From: a virus
IMG/VR virus record: IMGVR_UViG_3300017731_000001
Reading direction: 5' to 3' (one strand)
Length of the DNA: 64,000 nt
Part shown: positions 47,001-56,381 of the stretch, piece by piece
Layout of the letters: each line of letters starts with the position of its first letter
How positions within the stretch are numbered: position 1 is the stretch's first letter
The notes under the pieces: generated by a model
What the model saw: the letters and a program-made list of their open reading frames with translations, nothing else
Told to the model about the DNA's origin: nothing
The model's database searches: none
Translations under genes and position numbers: made by a program

Positions 47001-49520
47001 AGAGATAATGTCAATGATAATCCACAATCTGCTAAATCATTTGCACTGAGAGAACCACTTGGGGAAGTTCAAACTAATGATCTTAAGAAGAGTATCACAA
47101 AAGAATCTACTGACTCGTTCAATAAGAAGTTCAGAAAGCACCTAGAAGTATCTGCCGAATCAGATTTGAGTGTTGTTGCAGGTATTGCCACACTAACATT
47201 CACTAGAAATCATGGTTTATCGGGAATTGTAACTCATGAAGGTGCAATTACTGGTGGTTCTGGTCATACAAATGGAACACACTATAACGTAAAACTCTTT
47301 AATGAGGTTGGATTATCCAGTTGGAATGGTGCCACTGCTATCGTCGGTGTATCTGGTGGTGCTGTTGTCAGCATGGATATTCAATCACCTGGTTCTGGTT
47401 ATCAATCTGGTGCCACATTATTCTTTGATACCGCAGTAATTGGTGGATCTGCTGATGCAACAATCACAGTTGCTCAAAGGGGATTATCTGCCAGTAGTCT
47501 TTCTGCAACTGATGGTGCCGTTGTTCAGGTTACTGGTATTGGAACAACTGCATTTGGTCTTTATAGAACTTCTAGTATTCCTGCCAAAGATAAAGTTGCT
47601 ATTGCAAAAACAGCAGGAGATCCTGAAAGTATTCTTGGGCAGTATGTTTATATTGTTGCTCCAACAGGAAAAGTTTCATCCAATTCATATAACTCTACCA
47701 CAGGAATTCAACAATTCAACTGCTCCACTCCTCACGGATTAGTTGCAGGAAGTAGATTCAGAGTTCTTGATAGTAGCAATAATAATCTTGGAGATTATCT
47801 GGTTAAGTCTAGAGTTGGTGTCAATACATTTACTGCCATCACCAATTCAAGTCTGTCGGCACAATATGTTCTCAAGCATGGTATGTCGTCAAATGAAGGT
47901 ATATCCGATCAAAGCGAAGAGAATATTGATGCTCGTGGTGTCTCTCTATTTGATACCGAATCTCTAACACTTGGTGGATTCAATGGCGATACTAAGTTAC
48001 AAGTAGCTTCGCCTTATTCTGGTATTGCAACAACCAAAAGATTTCCACTTGGTTCATATCTTCAGGTTGATGAAGAGATTATGAGAGTTGTAACTGATAC
48101 CATCACTGGTACTGGTAGCAATGAAATAACTGTAGTACGAGGAGCATTAGGCACAGGAATCTCTACTCATGATTCTGGTTCTTTACTGAATAAAGTAGAT
48201 CCAATCGCGATTGAATTCCGCAGACCATCTATCATTCGTGCATCCGGTCATACATTTGAGTATCTTGGATATGGTCCTGGCAACTACTCAACGGGTCTTC
48301 CACAAGTTCAGGACAGAACACTCACAGAGACCGAAGAATTCCTCTCTCAGGCGCAGGAAAGAAGGGGTGGTATTGTTGTTTATACGGGTATGAATAACAA
48401 GGGCGATTTTTATGTTGGAAATAGAAGAACATCATCTTCAACAGGCGAAGAAAAAACTTATGACATTCCAGTTTCAACAGTTACTGGTGAAGATCCATCT
48501 AGTCTCAGTGTAGTTTTTGATGAAGTTATCGTCAAAAATAATCTTGTAGTTGAGGGTGGAGATTCGGGACAGATTCTTTCACAATTTGATGGTCCAGTTA
48601 CACTTAATGGAGAAGTCACCTTTAAAGATAATTTAACGGCAAAAGGTCCAGTCAAGATTGCAAATACTACACAATCAACAACTAAAACTACCGGAGCACT
48701 TGTCATCGATGGTGGTGCTGGTATTGTTGGCGATTTAAATATCGGAGGAAACATTACCTTTGACAATAATGTAACTGGTGCTGGTGCTACTTTCGGTAAT
48801 ATTCAGATTGCAATCACTGAAGACAATACGATTGATACTACCACGGGCGATTTAATCCTCAATTCTGCTTCTGGTGAAGTTGAAATTAATGACAACCTAG
48901 ATTTAAACGGAACATTAAATGTTTCTTCAACATCAATATTTGCAGGACAGGCAGTATTTAATACTGGTATCGTCCCAGATGCTGATGAGGGTGCATATCT
49001 TGGCACTGCATCATTACCATTCTCCGAGGCACACATTGACGAGATTAGAATTGGTGTAAGTGGCAATGGAGAAATTGATACTGCATCTGGCAATTTAACA
49101 CTTGATTCTACTGGTGGAACAACAACAGTTGATGATAACTTGATTGTGAGTGGCACATCTACATTACAGAGCAACACTGCCATCACCGGAACATTAACAG
49201 TTACCGATGACATCACCGCATTCTTCTCATCTGATGAAAGATTAAAATTAGATATTACACCGATTAAAGAACCTCTTACCAAGATTCGTTCAATCAGTGG
49301 TAATACATTCACCTGGATTGAGGGTGGTGTTCATGAAGGTGAAGATACCGGTGTTATCGCACAAGAAATTGCTGCTCTTGGACTTCCCGGACTCACTACT
49401 ATCAGAGAGACTGGTTATATGGCAGTCAAATATGACAAACTCACTGCACTACTTATTGAAGCAGTTAAGGAATTATCAACTAAGGTTGAAATTCTAGAGC
49501 AAAAATTATCAGATAAATAA
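44031..49520 (+). CDS. Large virion structural/tail-fibre protein with C-terminal S74 chaperone
   Basis: MPLNKLDNF...YV.P, PFKT.QRAL, RRPS..RASGHTFEY.GYGPGNYST, SSDERLK..GVIAQE; CTAAATA at 43990. Confidence 0.8.
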   Translation: MPLNKLDNFIKNTEGRILYVSPSDLDATDSINNQGNSLAQPFKTLQRALLESARFSYVQGNSNDLVEKTTILLMPGIHEVDNRPGFAVKNDGGVAKVISPGGGETAASDTLNLQLDSNFDINQEDNILYKFNSVNGGIIIPRGTSVVGLDLRKTKVRPKYVPNPTDLAVADSAIFRITGTCYFWQFSFFDGDDAGVVYTDPVDFSVDNRSKPTFSHHKLTCFEYADGVNNVSGYDLTDLDMYYAKLGNAYNQASGRIIDQKYPANPQGFEKQRPEWEIVGAFASDPLEVSAIVSGSGGTPTSVVTVTTATDHKLQAGTPIKIKGVVPDDYNISTKVQSVSTSNPKVFTYLLPDFRKNLETPGNTSSATVTIETDTVTGASPYIFNISLRSVFGMNGMKADGAKASGFRSMVVAQFTGVSLQKDDRAFVKYSKSNRTYEGIGIGKVTGSALSTQSSSTNASTVYHLDSGAVYRKDWETAHISMINDAILQIVSVFAIGYNQHFFADTGGDASITNSNSNFGQLALISAGFKKEAFAKDNKGFITNIIAPRAITSSEENIDWQTIDVGVTTSVANNKRLYLFGFTEADIKPSILTQGFRVGAKVGDVLSVDFSAVTGYGISEANILMSDEETSSVKEYRVVSGPTSNQFAIGAHNLSTGEKIIIKSDDADLPENLTPERTYYVIDSGDNNNIKLASSYAASINGTPITVYGGTNLVILSRVSDKDAGDIGHPVQYDSTQGQWYINTNAGSDIYNALTQVGVQTNNGLDTRTEVSFLKRTSDTRSLDEKIYKLRVVIPKEVSNGKNPESGFILQESSTTGLRTDADASLSSITIDDYDFNKNSRFIGSCTFSGGTVTVRSELPHNVSVGDVIITKNIQDTSNTVGTANSGYNGTFTVVSIPNDMEFTYETGASLGPALTNDLTNRTTSLPRYEVNDLQNKLFVYRNEIITDYIQDVQDGIYHLYALNANLSVPTEFTNYEYNQNVVDLYPQLDRDNVNDNPQSAKSFALREPLGEVQTNDLKKSITKESTDSFNKKFRKHLEVSAESDLSVVAGIATLTFTRNHGLSGIVTHEGAITGGSGHTNGTHYNVKLFNEVGLSSWNGATAIVGVSGGAVVSMDIQSPGSGYQSGATLFFDTAVIGGSADATITVAQRGLSASSLSATDGAVVQVTGIGTTAFGLYRTSSIPAKDKVAIAKTAGDPESILGQYVYIVAPTGKVSSNSYNSTTGIQQFNCSTPHGLVAGSRFRVLDSSNNNLGDYLVKSRVGVNTFTAITNSSLSAQYVLKHGMSSNEGISDQSEENIDARGVSLFDTESLTLGGFNGDTKLQVASPYSGIATTKRFPLGSYLQVDEEIMRVVTDTITGTGSNEITVVRGALGTGISTHDSGSLLNKVDPIAIEFRRPSIIRASGHTFEYLGYGPGNYSTGLPQVQDRTLTETEEFLSQAQERRGGIVVYTGMNNKGDFYVGNRRTSSSTGEEKTYDIPVSTVTGEDPSSLSVVFDEVIVKNNLVVEGGDSGQILSQFDGPVTLNGEVTFKDNLTAKGPVKIANTTQSTTKTTGALVIDGGAGIVGDLNIGGNITFDNNVTGAGATFGNIQIAITEDNTIDTTTGDLILNSASGEVEINDNLDLNGTLNVSSTSIFAGQAVFNTGIVPDADEGAYLGTASLPFSEAHIDEIRIGVSGNGEIDTASGNLTLDSTGGTTTVDDNLIVSGTSTLQSNTAITGTLTVTDDITAFFSSDERLKLDITPIKEPLTKIRSISGNTFTWIEGGVHEGEDTGVIAQEIAALGLPGLTTIRETGYMAVKYDKLTALLIEAVKELSTKVEILEQKLSDK

Positions 49521-49542
49521 CTCCATGGAGATGCACAAGTAG

Positions 49543-51900
49543 ATGGCAAATTATAGAAAGTCTTTTAATTTTCGTAATGGTGTTCAGGTTGATAACGACA
49601 ACTTTATTGTAGATACAAATGGACTGGTTGGAATTGGCACCTCTATTCCTTCCGAGTTTCTTGATGTAAGAGGAACTGCAAAAATTAGTGGTATTGTATC
49701 AACTGCGGACTTATTTGTCACCGAGGACGTATTTGTATCAGGTGCCTCAACAGTAACAGTGTTAGATGCAACCAGTCTTAATGCAACTGGTATTGTAACA
49801 GCACAACAATTTTTTGGTGATGGTAGTCAATTATCTGGTGTTGTTGCCGTTGCAAGAACCGGATGGTCTATTACTGATGCAGGAATCTCCACAATAGCTA
49901 ATGTTGGGGTAGGCACCACTAATCCTGCAACTTTATTACAAGTTGGTGATGATCCAACATCGGCAACTTATGGTGTTGGTATTGATTCAACTGGACAAGG
50001 AAACTTTACAGGTATTTTAACAGCAGGTTCATTTCAATCTACCGGTATTATAACTGGTTCCAATTTGCTTGCATCGGGATTCTCTACATTCTTCTCCAGT
50101 GTTCAGATAACGAATGATGTAAATGTTGGTGGTGTTGTAACTGCAACCACCTTCATTGGAGATTTGACCGGAGAAGTTAATGCCGCAAAATTTGATACAA
50201 ATTCTACGGGTATCGTTGTATCTGGTATTGCAACTTTCACCGATGATGCACAAATCACTGCTGGTGGATTAGTCGTTACTGGTGTCACCACTTCAACGAG
50301 TTTTGTTGGTAATATCACTGGTAGTGTAACTGGAAATGTTACTGGTGATGTAACGGGTAATGTCACAGGATATTTGAGTGGTGTTGCACAGACAGCAGGT
50401 TTTGCATCAACTTCATTCGGACTTGATGGCACACCTGATATTACAGTAGGAAATATTGTTGGTTCATCTGCAACTGTAACCGCACTGGTAGTTGATAATA
50501 AACTCGGTATTGGTTCTGATACTCCTGCCTCTGATATTGAAATCAGAAAGATTACAAATACAGCAATAGATGTTATTACATCCAGCAACACTTCTAGAAT
50601 CAGTGTCGGACAATCTGTCGGAACAGGTAATAGCAGTGGTGTCTTAAGTTTCAACTCTGGAACACTGAGTCTCTCCAACTACGATCTTGGTGGAGTTAAT
50701 ATCAATCTCCATTCTGGATCTGGTGCCGGAACAACAGAAAGTTTCAAGGTTAGATACGACGATAATACTAAATTTGAGACCACATATGATGGTAAGGTAG
50801 GTGTTAATCGTCATGGTATTACATTAACACGAGAACTGGAAGTCGGTGGAAATACATTCATAAGTGGTTATGGACAGGTTGCAGGTATTCTTACCGTAGG
50901 ACAAGGTGCTAATCAACTCACTCTTGGTGATGGTAGTGCTCTACCAATTTCTAGTAGTGCTGTTATTAGCGTAACCAGTGGTATTTCAACATTCAATGAT
51001 CTTCTTGTTAGTCGCAATTTTCAAGTTGGAAGTGGCATCGGAACGTTCTTAGGAGATACTTTTGTTGGTGGAAAGTTGGGGATTGGTACAGCATCTGATA
51101 CTGGATTTCCTGATAGTTTTGACTCTACTATCTTTGGAGATTTTTACTCAGATGGAAGAATTATTTCTAAAACACAACTTGGAATGTCCACTAGTGCTGA
51201 TGGTTCATTCGTAACTGATCCAAGACCAAGTGTAGATGCATTGGGGCAAATTGTTCCCGGTTTTGCAAGTGGAAGTTTCCAAACACAAAATAGTTTCGTC
51301 ATGTTTGGCGGAAGTGGATTATTTGTTCCCACTGCTCCTATTATTGCGGCAGGATATGGACAAACTAATCAAGCATTAGTTACTACTGATGCAGGTACTT
51401 CAAAATATTTGACTAGAATCGGAATCAATACTTACTTTGCCAGATCTGTTCTTGATGTTGGTATGGCAAGCACCACGATGAACAGTTATGTCATTATGCC
51501 TTCAGTTAATACTGAAGAACTTGACATCATTGCAAATCTCTGGTCCGGCAATGCTGGTGGTAATCAGAATGTAAATCCGGTTCAATCTGGATTTGGAACG
51601 GAACAGTCCAAGAAACTTCTTGCACCTAATGGTGTTCCTGGTGGTTCAATCGTTTATAACAATGAATCCAGAAGACTTAATGTTAGCACAGGTGGCACAG
51701 TATTCTGTGGTGTTGCAACATTAACACAAAACCAATCTGGATATGATTCACTTGCAATTCCCACATTCAATACTACTAAGAGAAACTTAATGAGTGGTTA
51801 TGGCAACCTTCCTAAAGGTGCAATCATGTATAACACAACCACAAACAAACTTAACTTCTGGAATGGTTCTGCATGGGAGGCAGTAACAAGTTCAACGTAA
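49543..51900 (+). CDS. Tail fibre-like structural protein
   Basis: VGIGT.P repeats, G.VTA..F.GDG, terminal G..MYNTTT.KL.F.NG..W; ATAAATA at 49513. Confidence 0.75.
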   Translation: MANYRKSFNFRNGVQVDNDNFIVDTNGLVGIGTSIPSEFLDVRGTAKISGIVSTADLFVTEDVFVSGASTVTVLDATSLNATGIVTAQQFFGDGSQLSGVVAVARTGWSITDAGISTIANVGVGTTNPATLLQVGDDPTSATYGVGIDSTGQGNFTGILTAGSFQSTGIITGSNLLASGFSTFFSSVQITNDVNVGGVVTATTFIGDLTGEVNAAKFDTNSTGIVVSGIATFTDDAQITAGGLVVTGVTTSTSFVGNITGSVTGNVTGDVTGNVTGYLSGVAQTAGFASTSFGLDGTPDITVGNIVGSSATVTALVVDNKLGIGSDTPASDIEIRKITNTAIDVITSSNTSRISVGQSVGTGNSSGVLSFNSGTLSLSNYDLGGVNINLHSGSGAGTTESFKVRYDDNTKFETTYDGKVGVNRHGITLTRELEVGGNTFISGYGQVAGILTVGQGANQLTLGDGSALPISSSAVISVTSGISTFNDLLVSRNFQVGSGIGTFLGDTFVGGKLGIGTASDTGFPDSFDSTIFGDFYSDGRIISKTQLGMSTSADGSFVTDPRPSVDALGQIVPGFASGSFQTQNSFVMFGGSGLFVPTAPIIAAGYGQTNQALVTTDAGTSKYLTRIGINTYFARSVLDVGMASTTMNSYVIMPSVNTEELDIIANLWSGNAGGNQNVNPVQSGFGTEQSKKLLAPNGVPGGSIVYNNESRRLNVSTGGTVFCGVATLTQNQSGYDSLAIPTFNTTKRNLMSGYGNLPKGAIMYNTTTNKLNFWNGSAWEAVTSST

Positions 51901-51904
51901 TAGC

Positions 51905-51933
51905 TTGACAGAATCATGAAAACCCTATAGACT
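51905..51933 (+). promoter_or_regulatory. Sigma70-type promoter
   Basis: TTGACA-17 bp-TAGACT. Confidence 0.55.
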
Positions 51934-51977
51934 ACCTTTGTCCGGGTTGAAGAGGAAACTTTAAGACACTATAGAAA

Positions 51978-52031
51978 CCGGTTGTAAAACTGTCACACCA
52001 CCTCCTAATCGGGGTGGTTTTCTGCTATAAT
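51978..52031 (+). promoter_or_regulatory. Early promoter cassette (CCRGTT...AACTGTCACA, stem-loop, TGCTATAAT)
   Basis: Motif recurs at about 53233, 55735, 57082, 57998, 59740 and 60472. Confidence 0.7.
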
Positions 52032-52056
52032 ATATTCATACCAAACAGGAACGAAC

Positions 52057-53232
52057 TTGGTCACCCTTCGCCCACACCAGAAGAAAGCACTGAATGCAAT
52101 GCTGGCATATGACAAGGGTCAGGTCATCATCCCTACGGGTGGTGGCAAGACTATGTGTATGATACATGATATTATTGAGAATCAAAAGTATATTGATAAT
52201 GGTTCTACTATTGTTGTTGTAGCACCTCGCATTCTTCTGGCAGAGCAACTCTGCAAAGAGTTTCTTGAAGTGATTGATACTACTCATACTCATGTGATGC
52301 AGGTTCATAGTGGTGATGTTGAGTATTTCAGCACCACCAAAGCAGACACGATTCACTTGTTCAACAACACTGCAAGAACTGCTGGTGAGAATGTCATCAT
52401 CTTCACCACATATCACTCACTACATCGTCTTGTAGAGGCAGACATTGAAGTGAATACAATTTACTTTGATGAGGCACATAACTCCGTTCAACGTAATTTC
52501 TTTCCTGCAACTGAGTTCTTCAGTAATGATTCTGATCGTTGCTATTTCTTCACTGCGACTCCTAAGCACTCGTTGTCTGTATTCAAACCAGGAATGAATG
52601 ATCCTGAGGTTTATGGTCAGGTCATCTGCAATGTTCCTGCACCTCAACTTGTCAAAGAAGGTTATATCCTTCCTCCTAAGGTTGTGGTTCATCAACTACC
52701 TCAGGGTGATTTCAAACTATCTGACGATAAGAATCTGTTGAATACGATTGATGCAAACTCACTCAATAAGATTCTGATTGCAGCACGTTCTACCAAGCAG
52801 ATTTTGCGTATGGTAAGTCAGTCTGATTTTTGTCAGCAACTACATGAGCGTGGATACAACTGGATGTATATTACATCTAAAACCGGTGCAATCATCAATG
52901 GCAAGAAGGTTTCCCGTGAGGAATTCTTCAAGACTTTGAATGCCTGGGGTCAGGATGATACTCGTTTTGTTGTCATGCACCACTCTATTCTGTCTGAAGG
53001 CATCAATGTCAAGGGACTGGAAGCAGTCCTATTCATGCGTAATATGGATTATGTAGGATTGTCGCAAAGTATTGGACGGGTCATTAGGTTAGGTGGACCC
53101 CAGAAGACCTTTGGACTGGTTTGTGTGCCAGTCTTTGACAAGGTGGGCATCAGCACTGCCAGGAGTGTTCAGGCGGTCGTAGAGACGATTTTTGAGAGGG
53201 GTGAGGCAGCGATATCCGTAGTGAGGAAGTAG
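52057..53232 (+). CDS. SF2 DEAD/DEAH-like helicase
   Basis: LRPHQ, PTGGGKT, DEAH, TATP, LSEGIN, QSIGRVIR. Confidence 0.85.
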   Translation: MVTLRPHQKKALNAMLAYDKGQVIIPTGGGKTMCMIHDIIENQKYIDNGSTIVVVAPRILLAEQLCKEFLEVIDTTHTHVMQVHSGDVEYFSTTKADTIHLFNNTARTAGENVIIFTTYHSLHRLVEADIEVNTIYFDEAHNSVQRNFFPATEFFSNDSDRCYFFTATPKHSLSVFKPGMNDPEVYGQVICNVPAPQLVKEGYILPPKVVVHQLPQGDFKLSDDKNLLNTIDANSLNKILIAARSTKQILRMVSQSDFCQQLHERGYNWMYITSKTGAIINGKKVSREEFFKTLNAWGQDDTRFVVMHHSILSEGINVKGLEAVLFMRNMDYVGLSQSIGRVIRLGGPQKTFGLVCVPVFDKVGISTARSVQAVVETIFERGEAAISVVRK

Positions 53233-53276
53233 AACTGTCACACCAGGAGTAGAACGCTGCTCCACTCTGCTATAAT
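53233..53276 (+). promoter_or_regulatory. Early promoter cassette
   Basis: AACTGTCACA, GGAGTAG/CTGCTCC stem, TGCTATAAT. Confidence 0.7.
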
Positions 53277-53301
53277 ACAAAAGTAATCAGGGGAACATCC
53301 C

Positions 53302-53442
53302 ATGAAGTGCAAAGTTCAACTCTACGTGTCTGGCACCGTCTTTGATGAGATTGTCATCGCACGGAACTATGAAGAAGCAAGAAAAACTGCACTTGCACGT
53401 AATCCTACGGCAACAGTTGTAAGTGTTACTGCCGTCTTCTAA
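53302..53442 (+). CDS. Small conserved cyanophage protein
   Basis: MKCKVQLYVSG.VF.E...A.NY.EA..TALARNP.A (manual translation). Confidence 0.6.
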   Translation: MKCKVQLYVSGTVFDEIVIARNYEEARKTALARNPTATVVSVTAVF

Positions 53443-53675
53443 TGAGTGAATCAAAAGATTACCGAAAGTTCTATACTTGTCCTAACAAAGACATTTTAGA
53501 AAACAAAGTTGGGTATCCGAGTGGTTATGTAACCAAGGATGGTATGTGGGCCGCTGTGCCACTTGCAAAATCAAAGAAGTTTGTGATTATCAACAACGGA
53601 TCAATCGTTCACACTTCAAAAAATTATCCATCTGCTGTCTCATACATAGAAAAAAATATGAAGAAAAAACGATGA
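53442..53675 (+). CDS. Hypothetical protein
   Basis: ORF with TAATG coupling. Confidence 0.55.
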   Translation: MSESKDYRKFYTCPNKDILENKVGYPSGYVTKDGMWAAVPLAKSKKFVIINNGSIVHTSKNYPSAVSYIEKNMKKKR

Positions 53676-53869
53676 AGGATCAAAACAGCATTGAAGATTG
53701 CGAAAGCAAACAAGAAAAGTGGAATCGCGGACTTGATATTTTTATTGAATCCGTGATTAAACCTGATGCATCTCTTCGTGATTGTGCTCGTAATCAAAAA
53801 TGTTATCATGAACTGATGGATGTTCGCAATGATGTTTTGGATTATCTCAAAACAAAAAGATGGCAATAA
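53672..53869 (+). CDS. Hypothetical protein
   Basis: WNRGLDIFIESV.KPD..LR.CA.NQKCY.ELM; start at ATG 53672. Confidence 0.6.
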   Translation: MKDQNSIEDCESKQEKWNRGLDIFIESVIKPDASLRDCARNQKCYHELMDVRNDVLDYLKTKRWQ

Positions 53870-53899
53870 TATAACTAATAAAGAACTATAGTTAAAGTT

Positions 53900-54061
53900 A
53901 TGGACCCCGAAGAAATTACTTTAAATACCACAAGCAGGCAATTTACCTATGAAAAGATGTCTCGCGATCTTGATGGTTTGACTCCTGATGAACTGAGAGA
54001 TATGTGCAAATGTTATATGAAACTTTACCTCAAACAACAAGAAGTTCTCAAGACTATATGA
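53900..54061 (+). CDS. Small helical protein, possibly NblA-like
   Basis: MDPEEITLNTTSRQFTYEKMSRDLDGLTPDELRDMCKCYMKLYLKQQEVLKTI (manual translation). Confidence 0.4.
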   Translation: MDPEEITLNTTSRQFTYEKMSRDLDGLTPDELRDMCKCYMKLYLKQQEVLKTI

Positions 54062-54212
54062 AGGTAAGCACATCATCCTAGGCATAAATTTTTATTTCAG
54101 AAACTTGCAAATGTCAGCAATTCGTGATAAATATTAGGGAGAACTTCGGAGGAACGATGACCTGAAAATCTTACATTATGTCTTTTGTTTATCTAATACA
54201 TGGAGGTTCATC

Positions 54213-54374
54213 ATGCACAATCTAATATCATTTAATCAATTAGCAGGTTTTAAACTGGACGAAAAAAAGTCTGAAATTTCTGATAATTTAATCAACGAGT
54301 ATTATGAATGTCTGGTAGAATGTGACAATAATCAGTCAGTCTGTAAAAGAATTTGTCGGGAGGTTCTAGTTTAA
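54213..54374 (+). CDS. Small Cys-rich protein
   Basis: SD GGAGG; MHNLISFNQLAG...YYECLVECDNNQSVCKRICR. Confidence 0.65.
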   Translation: MHNLISFNQLAGFKLDEKKSEISDNLINEYYECLVECDNNQSVCKRICREVLV

Positions 54375-54454
54375 GTTTGTATACATTCAGTTGGAGGTAA
54401 AAAATGTTAGTTTATCTGCATCCGCCTTGATTATTCAGAGAATTTAATAAGATT

Positions 54455-54476
54455 AACCCTCGCAAGAGGGTTTTTT
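54455..54476 (+). terminator. Rho-independent terminator
   Basis: AACCCTC-GCAA-GAGGGTT-TTTT. Confidence 0.8.
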
Positions 54477-54642
54477 AATGCAAAGTTGTTAAATACTTAA
54501 AACATCCAAATAAAACTTAAAGTGGATTTATCCGACAAAAAAGCATCAAAAAAAATTATCAAAAGATTTAAAAAACATCCTGACTGGTATACACCAGAGG
54601 AGGTTTTGTATGCTAAAATGATTAAAAAGCAACTCAAGAAAG

Positions 54643-54804
54643 ATGGAAGACAGTCTGAAAGTAGAACAGAATGAAGATGGCACATTCACTATAGAATGGG
54701 ATAATGATGATCCTAGATGGAATTTTTTGAATAACTTGACAAGTAAAGAAATTAGTACTATGATAGAAACCCTAGTCAAAGATAATCTAGATGAAACCAT
54801 TTAA
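54643..54804 (+). CDS. Small hypothetical protein
   Basis: MEDSLKVEQNEDGTFTIEWD..DPRW (manual translation). Confidence 0.55.
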   Translation: MEDSLKVEQNEDGTFTIEWDNDDPRWNFLNNLTSKEISTMIETLVKDNLDETI

Positions 54805-55198
54805 TGAGCACGAAGATTACTCACTGAATATGTTATCCGATTGGGTTAAGGAATCATTAGAGTCTTCACATACTCCACAACAAGTGTATGAAACAATTGT
54901 AAGAGCTGTCAGGGAGAAAAGAGACTATCATGAAACATGCTATAACCATAGCAAGAAACTTTTAGAACTTTTAAAAGGTGAATTGACACCTCTGCCAGAA
55001 CATTATGATGACTTTGAGTGTCCTGTTCCAAAGCAAGAAACTATTACTTTTTCGGGACAAGATGGATCTGCAGAATCTTTAAGAAATTGGGAAAATTTTT
55101 GGTATGATGAGAATCATTTAACATTCAATTCTTCTTTACAACAAGAGGTGGATAGAATTGGTAAGGAAGGTGGATATGAATGGACACCAGGAACCTAA
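54791..55198 (+). CDS. Hypothetical protein
   Basis: 135-aa ORF. Confidence 0.55.
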   Translation: MKPFNEHEDYSLNMLSDWVKESLESSHTPQQVYETIVRAVREKRDYHETCYNHSKKLLELLKGELTPLPEHYDDFECPVPKQETITFSGQDGSAESLRNWENFWYDENHLTFNSSLQQEVDRIGKEGGYEWTPGT

Positions 55199-55292
55199 CA
55201 TAATATTTGTAAAGCAATTACAAAGAAAATCTTAAATTACTAACTAATTTTGTGCGGAAACGCTAAAATATCTCAGTAAAAGCAAGACACCT

Positions 55293-55457
55293 ATGACTCT
55301 TCCCCAAAATGGCAAGAAATTGACAGAAATAGAGAAGAAAAGCATGAAAATTGCTTTAAAAGAGGCAGACATTCGTGCAATTCATCCCGAAAGGATGGAA
55401 GCACTCGCAGATTCTATGGTTCAAAGACTCAAAAATAGTGCAAATGTAGCACTTTGA
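55293..55457 (+). CDS. Small hypothetical protein
   Basis: MTLPQNG...IRAIHPERMEALAD (manual translation). Confidence 0.5.
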   Translation: MTLPQNGKKLTEIEKKSMKIALKEADIRAIHPERMEALADSMVQRLKNSANVAL

Positions 55458-55502
55458 ACCATCAATCAAAATAAATAAGTAAAACAAATTACAAAACTTC
55501 GC

Positions 55503-55730
55503 ATGGACACAATCGAGCAGCATATTGAGGTGGATAAACAGATCCTTGACAATCCTCTAACTTCTCCTAATCAACGTCGTCACATTGAAGGTGAGCTACA
55601 TGAATTAGAAGATTATGTAGAGCATCATCAGAAAGAAATTGAAGCAGGTGATCATCATGACCCCACCGCACTTGAACTTTATTGTGATTCTAACCCATCA
55701 GAACCTGAATGTAAAGTTTATGAGGATTGA
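55503..55730 (+). CDS. cp12: Calvin cycle inhibitor CP12
   Basis: C-terminal LELYCDSNPSEPECKVYED. Confidence 0.9.
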   Translation: MDTIEQHIEVDKQILDNPLTSPNQRRHIEGELHELEDYVEHHQKEIEAGDHHDPTALELYCDSNPSEPECKVYED

Positions 55731-55734
55731 TCGG

Positions 55735-55791
55735 GACAGTTAAAGAACTGGTTCAGCACTCTTGACTGGGTGCTTTTTTATGTCATACTAT
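55735..55791 (+). promoter_or_regulatory. Early promoter cassette
   Basis: GACAGTT..AACTGG, TTGACT in the loop of an AGCACTC/GGGTGCT stem. Confidence 0.55.
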
Positions 55792-55817
55792 ACGTATCAA
55801 AAGAACCCACCCCACTC

Positions 55818-56381
55818 ATGTTTGATTCTATCTTTGCTGATGGTTCTCTTCGTGAATACATCAACGACAATCTGAAAGATCCTTGGGAAGGTACAAATTT
55901 TGAGGGTTATGTATACATGTCTCCCAAACAAAAGGGTGAATTTGGTGAGCGTTTTGTTCACAAATATATGAATCTCCTTGAATATAAAGTAGAACGGGCA
56001 AAAACCTCCACTGCCGGTCATGATCGTGTGATTCTAGAGTATCTGGAGGAAGTTATGACTAGCAGGTATCTTACAGAAATCAAATTTTCTCTTGCCACTA
56101 GGAATAAAAAAGATGGTGTAGTTGATGATAAGTTCATCATCAATCATGTCTCTGTTGGTAAAGATTGGGAGCGTCTCATCTTCTGTGGTATCAATCCTGA
56201 CGAGCAAGATGTTCGCTTCGTGTTTATCACCAAAGCAGACTTTGAAGCACACTTGAAGAGTGATAAGTGTTATTTCAATGTGCAGCAAGGTGGTAAGAAA
56301 GTCGGTAATGATGATTACATTTGCACAAATGTTGCTGCTCTGCTAGAATGTGACTTCGTGAAGGATATTGCTGAATGGTGA
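55818..56381 (+). CDS. Putative PD-(D/E)XK restriction-like endonuclease
   Basis: KGEFGE...GHD...TEIKFS; overlaps the downstream MTase. Start placed at ATG 55818. Confidence 0.55.
   Translation: MFDSIFADGSLREYINDNLKDPWEGTNFEGYVYMSPKQKGEFGERFVHKYMNLLEYKVERAKTSTAGHDRVILEYLEEVMTSRYLTEIKFSLATRNKKDGVVDDKFIINHVSVGKDWERLIFCGINPDEQDVRFVFITKADFEAHLKSDKCYFNVQQGGKKVGNDDYICTNVAALLECDFVKDIAEW

Noticed and set aside
48458-50678. Long minus-strand ORFs within the tail fibre genes
   Set aside because: Expected stop-poor antisense frames of Thr/Gly/Val-rich genes; no supporting signals.
55503-55730. cp12 (and phoH, thyX) as novel auxiliary genes
   Set aside because: Well-known cyanophage genes; listed as features only.
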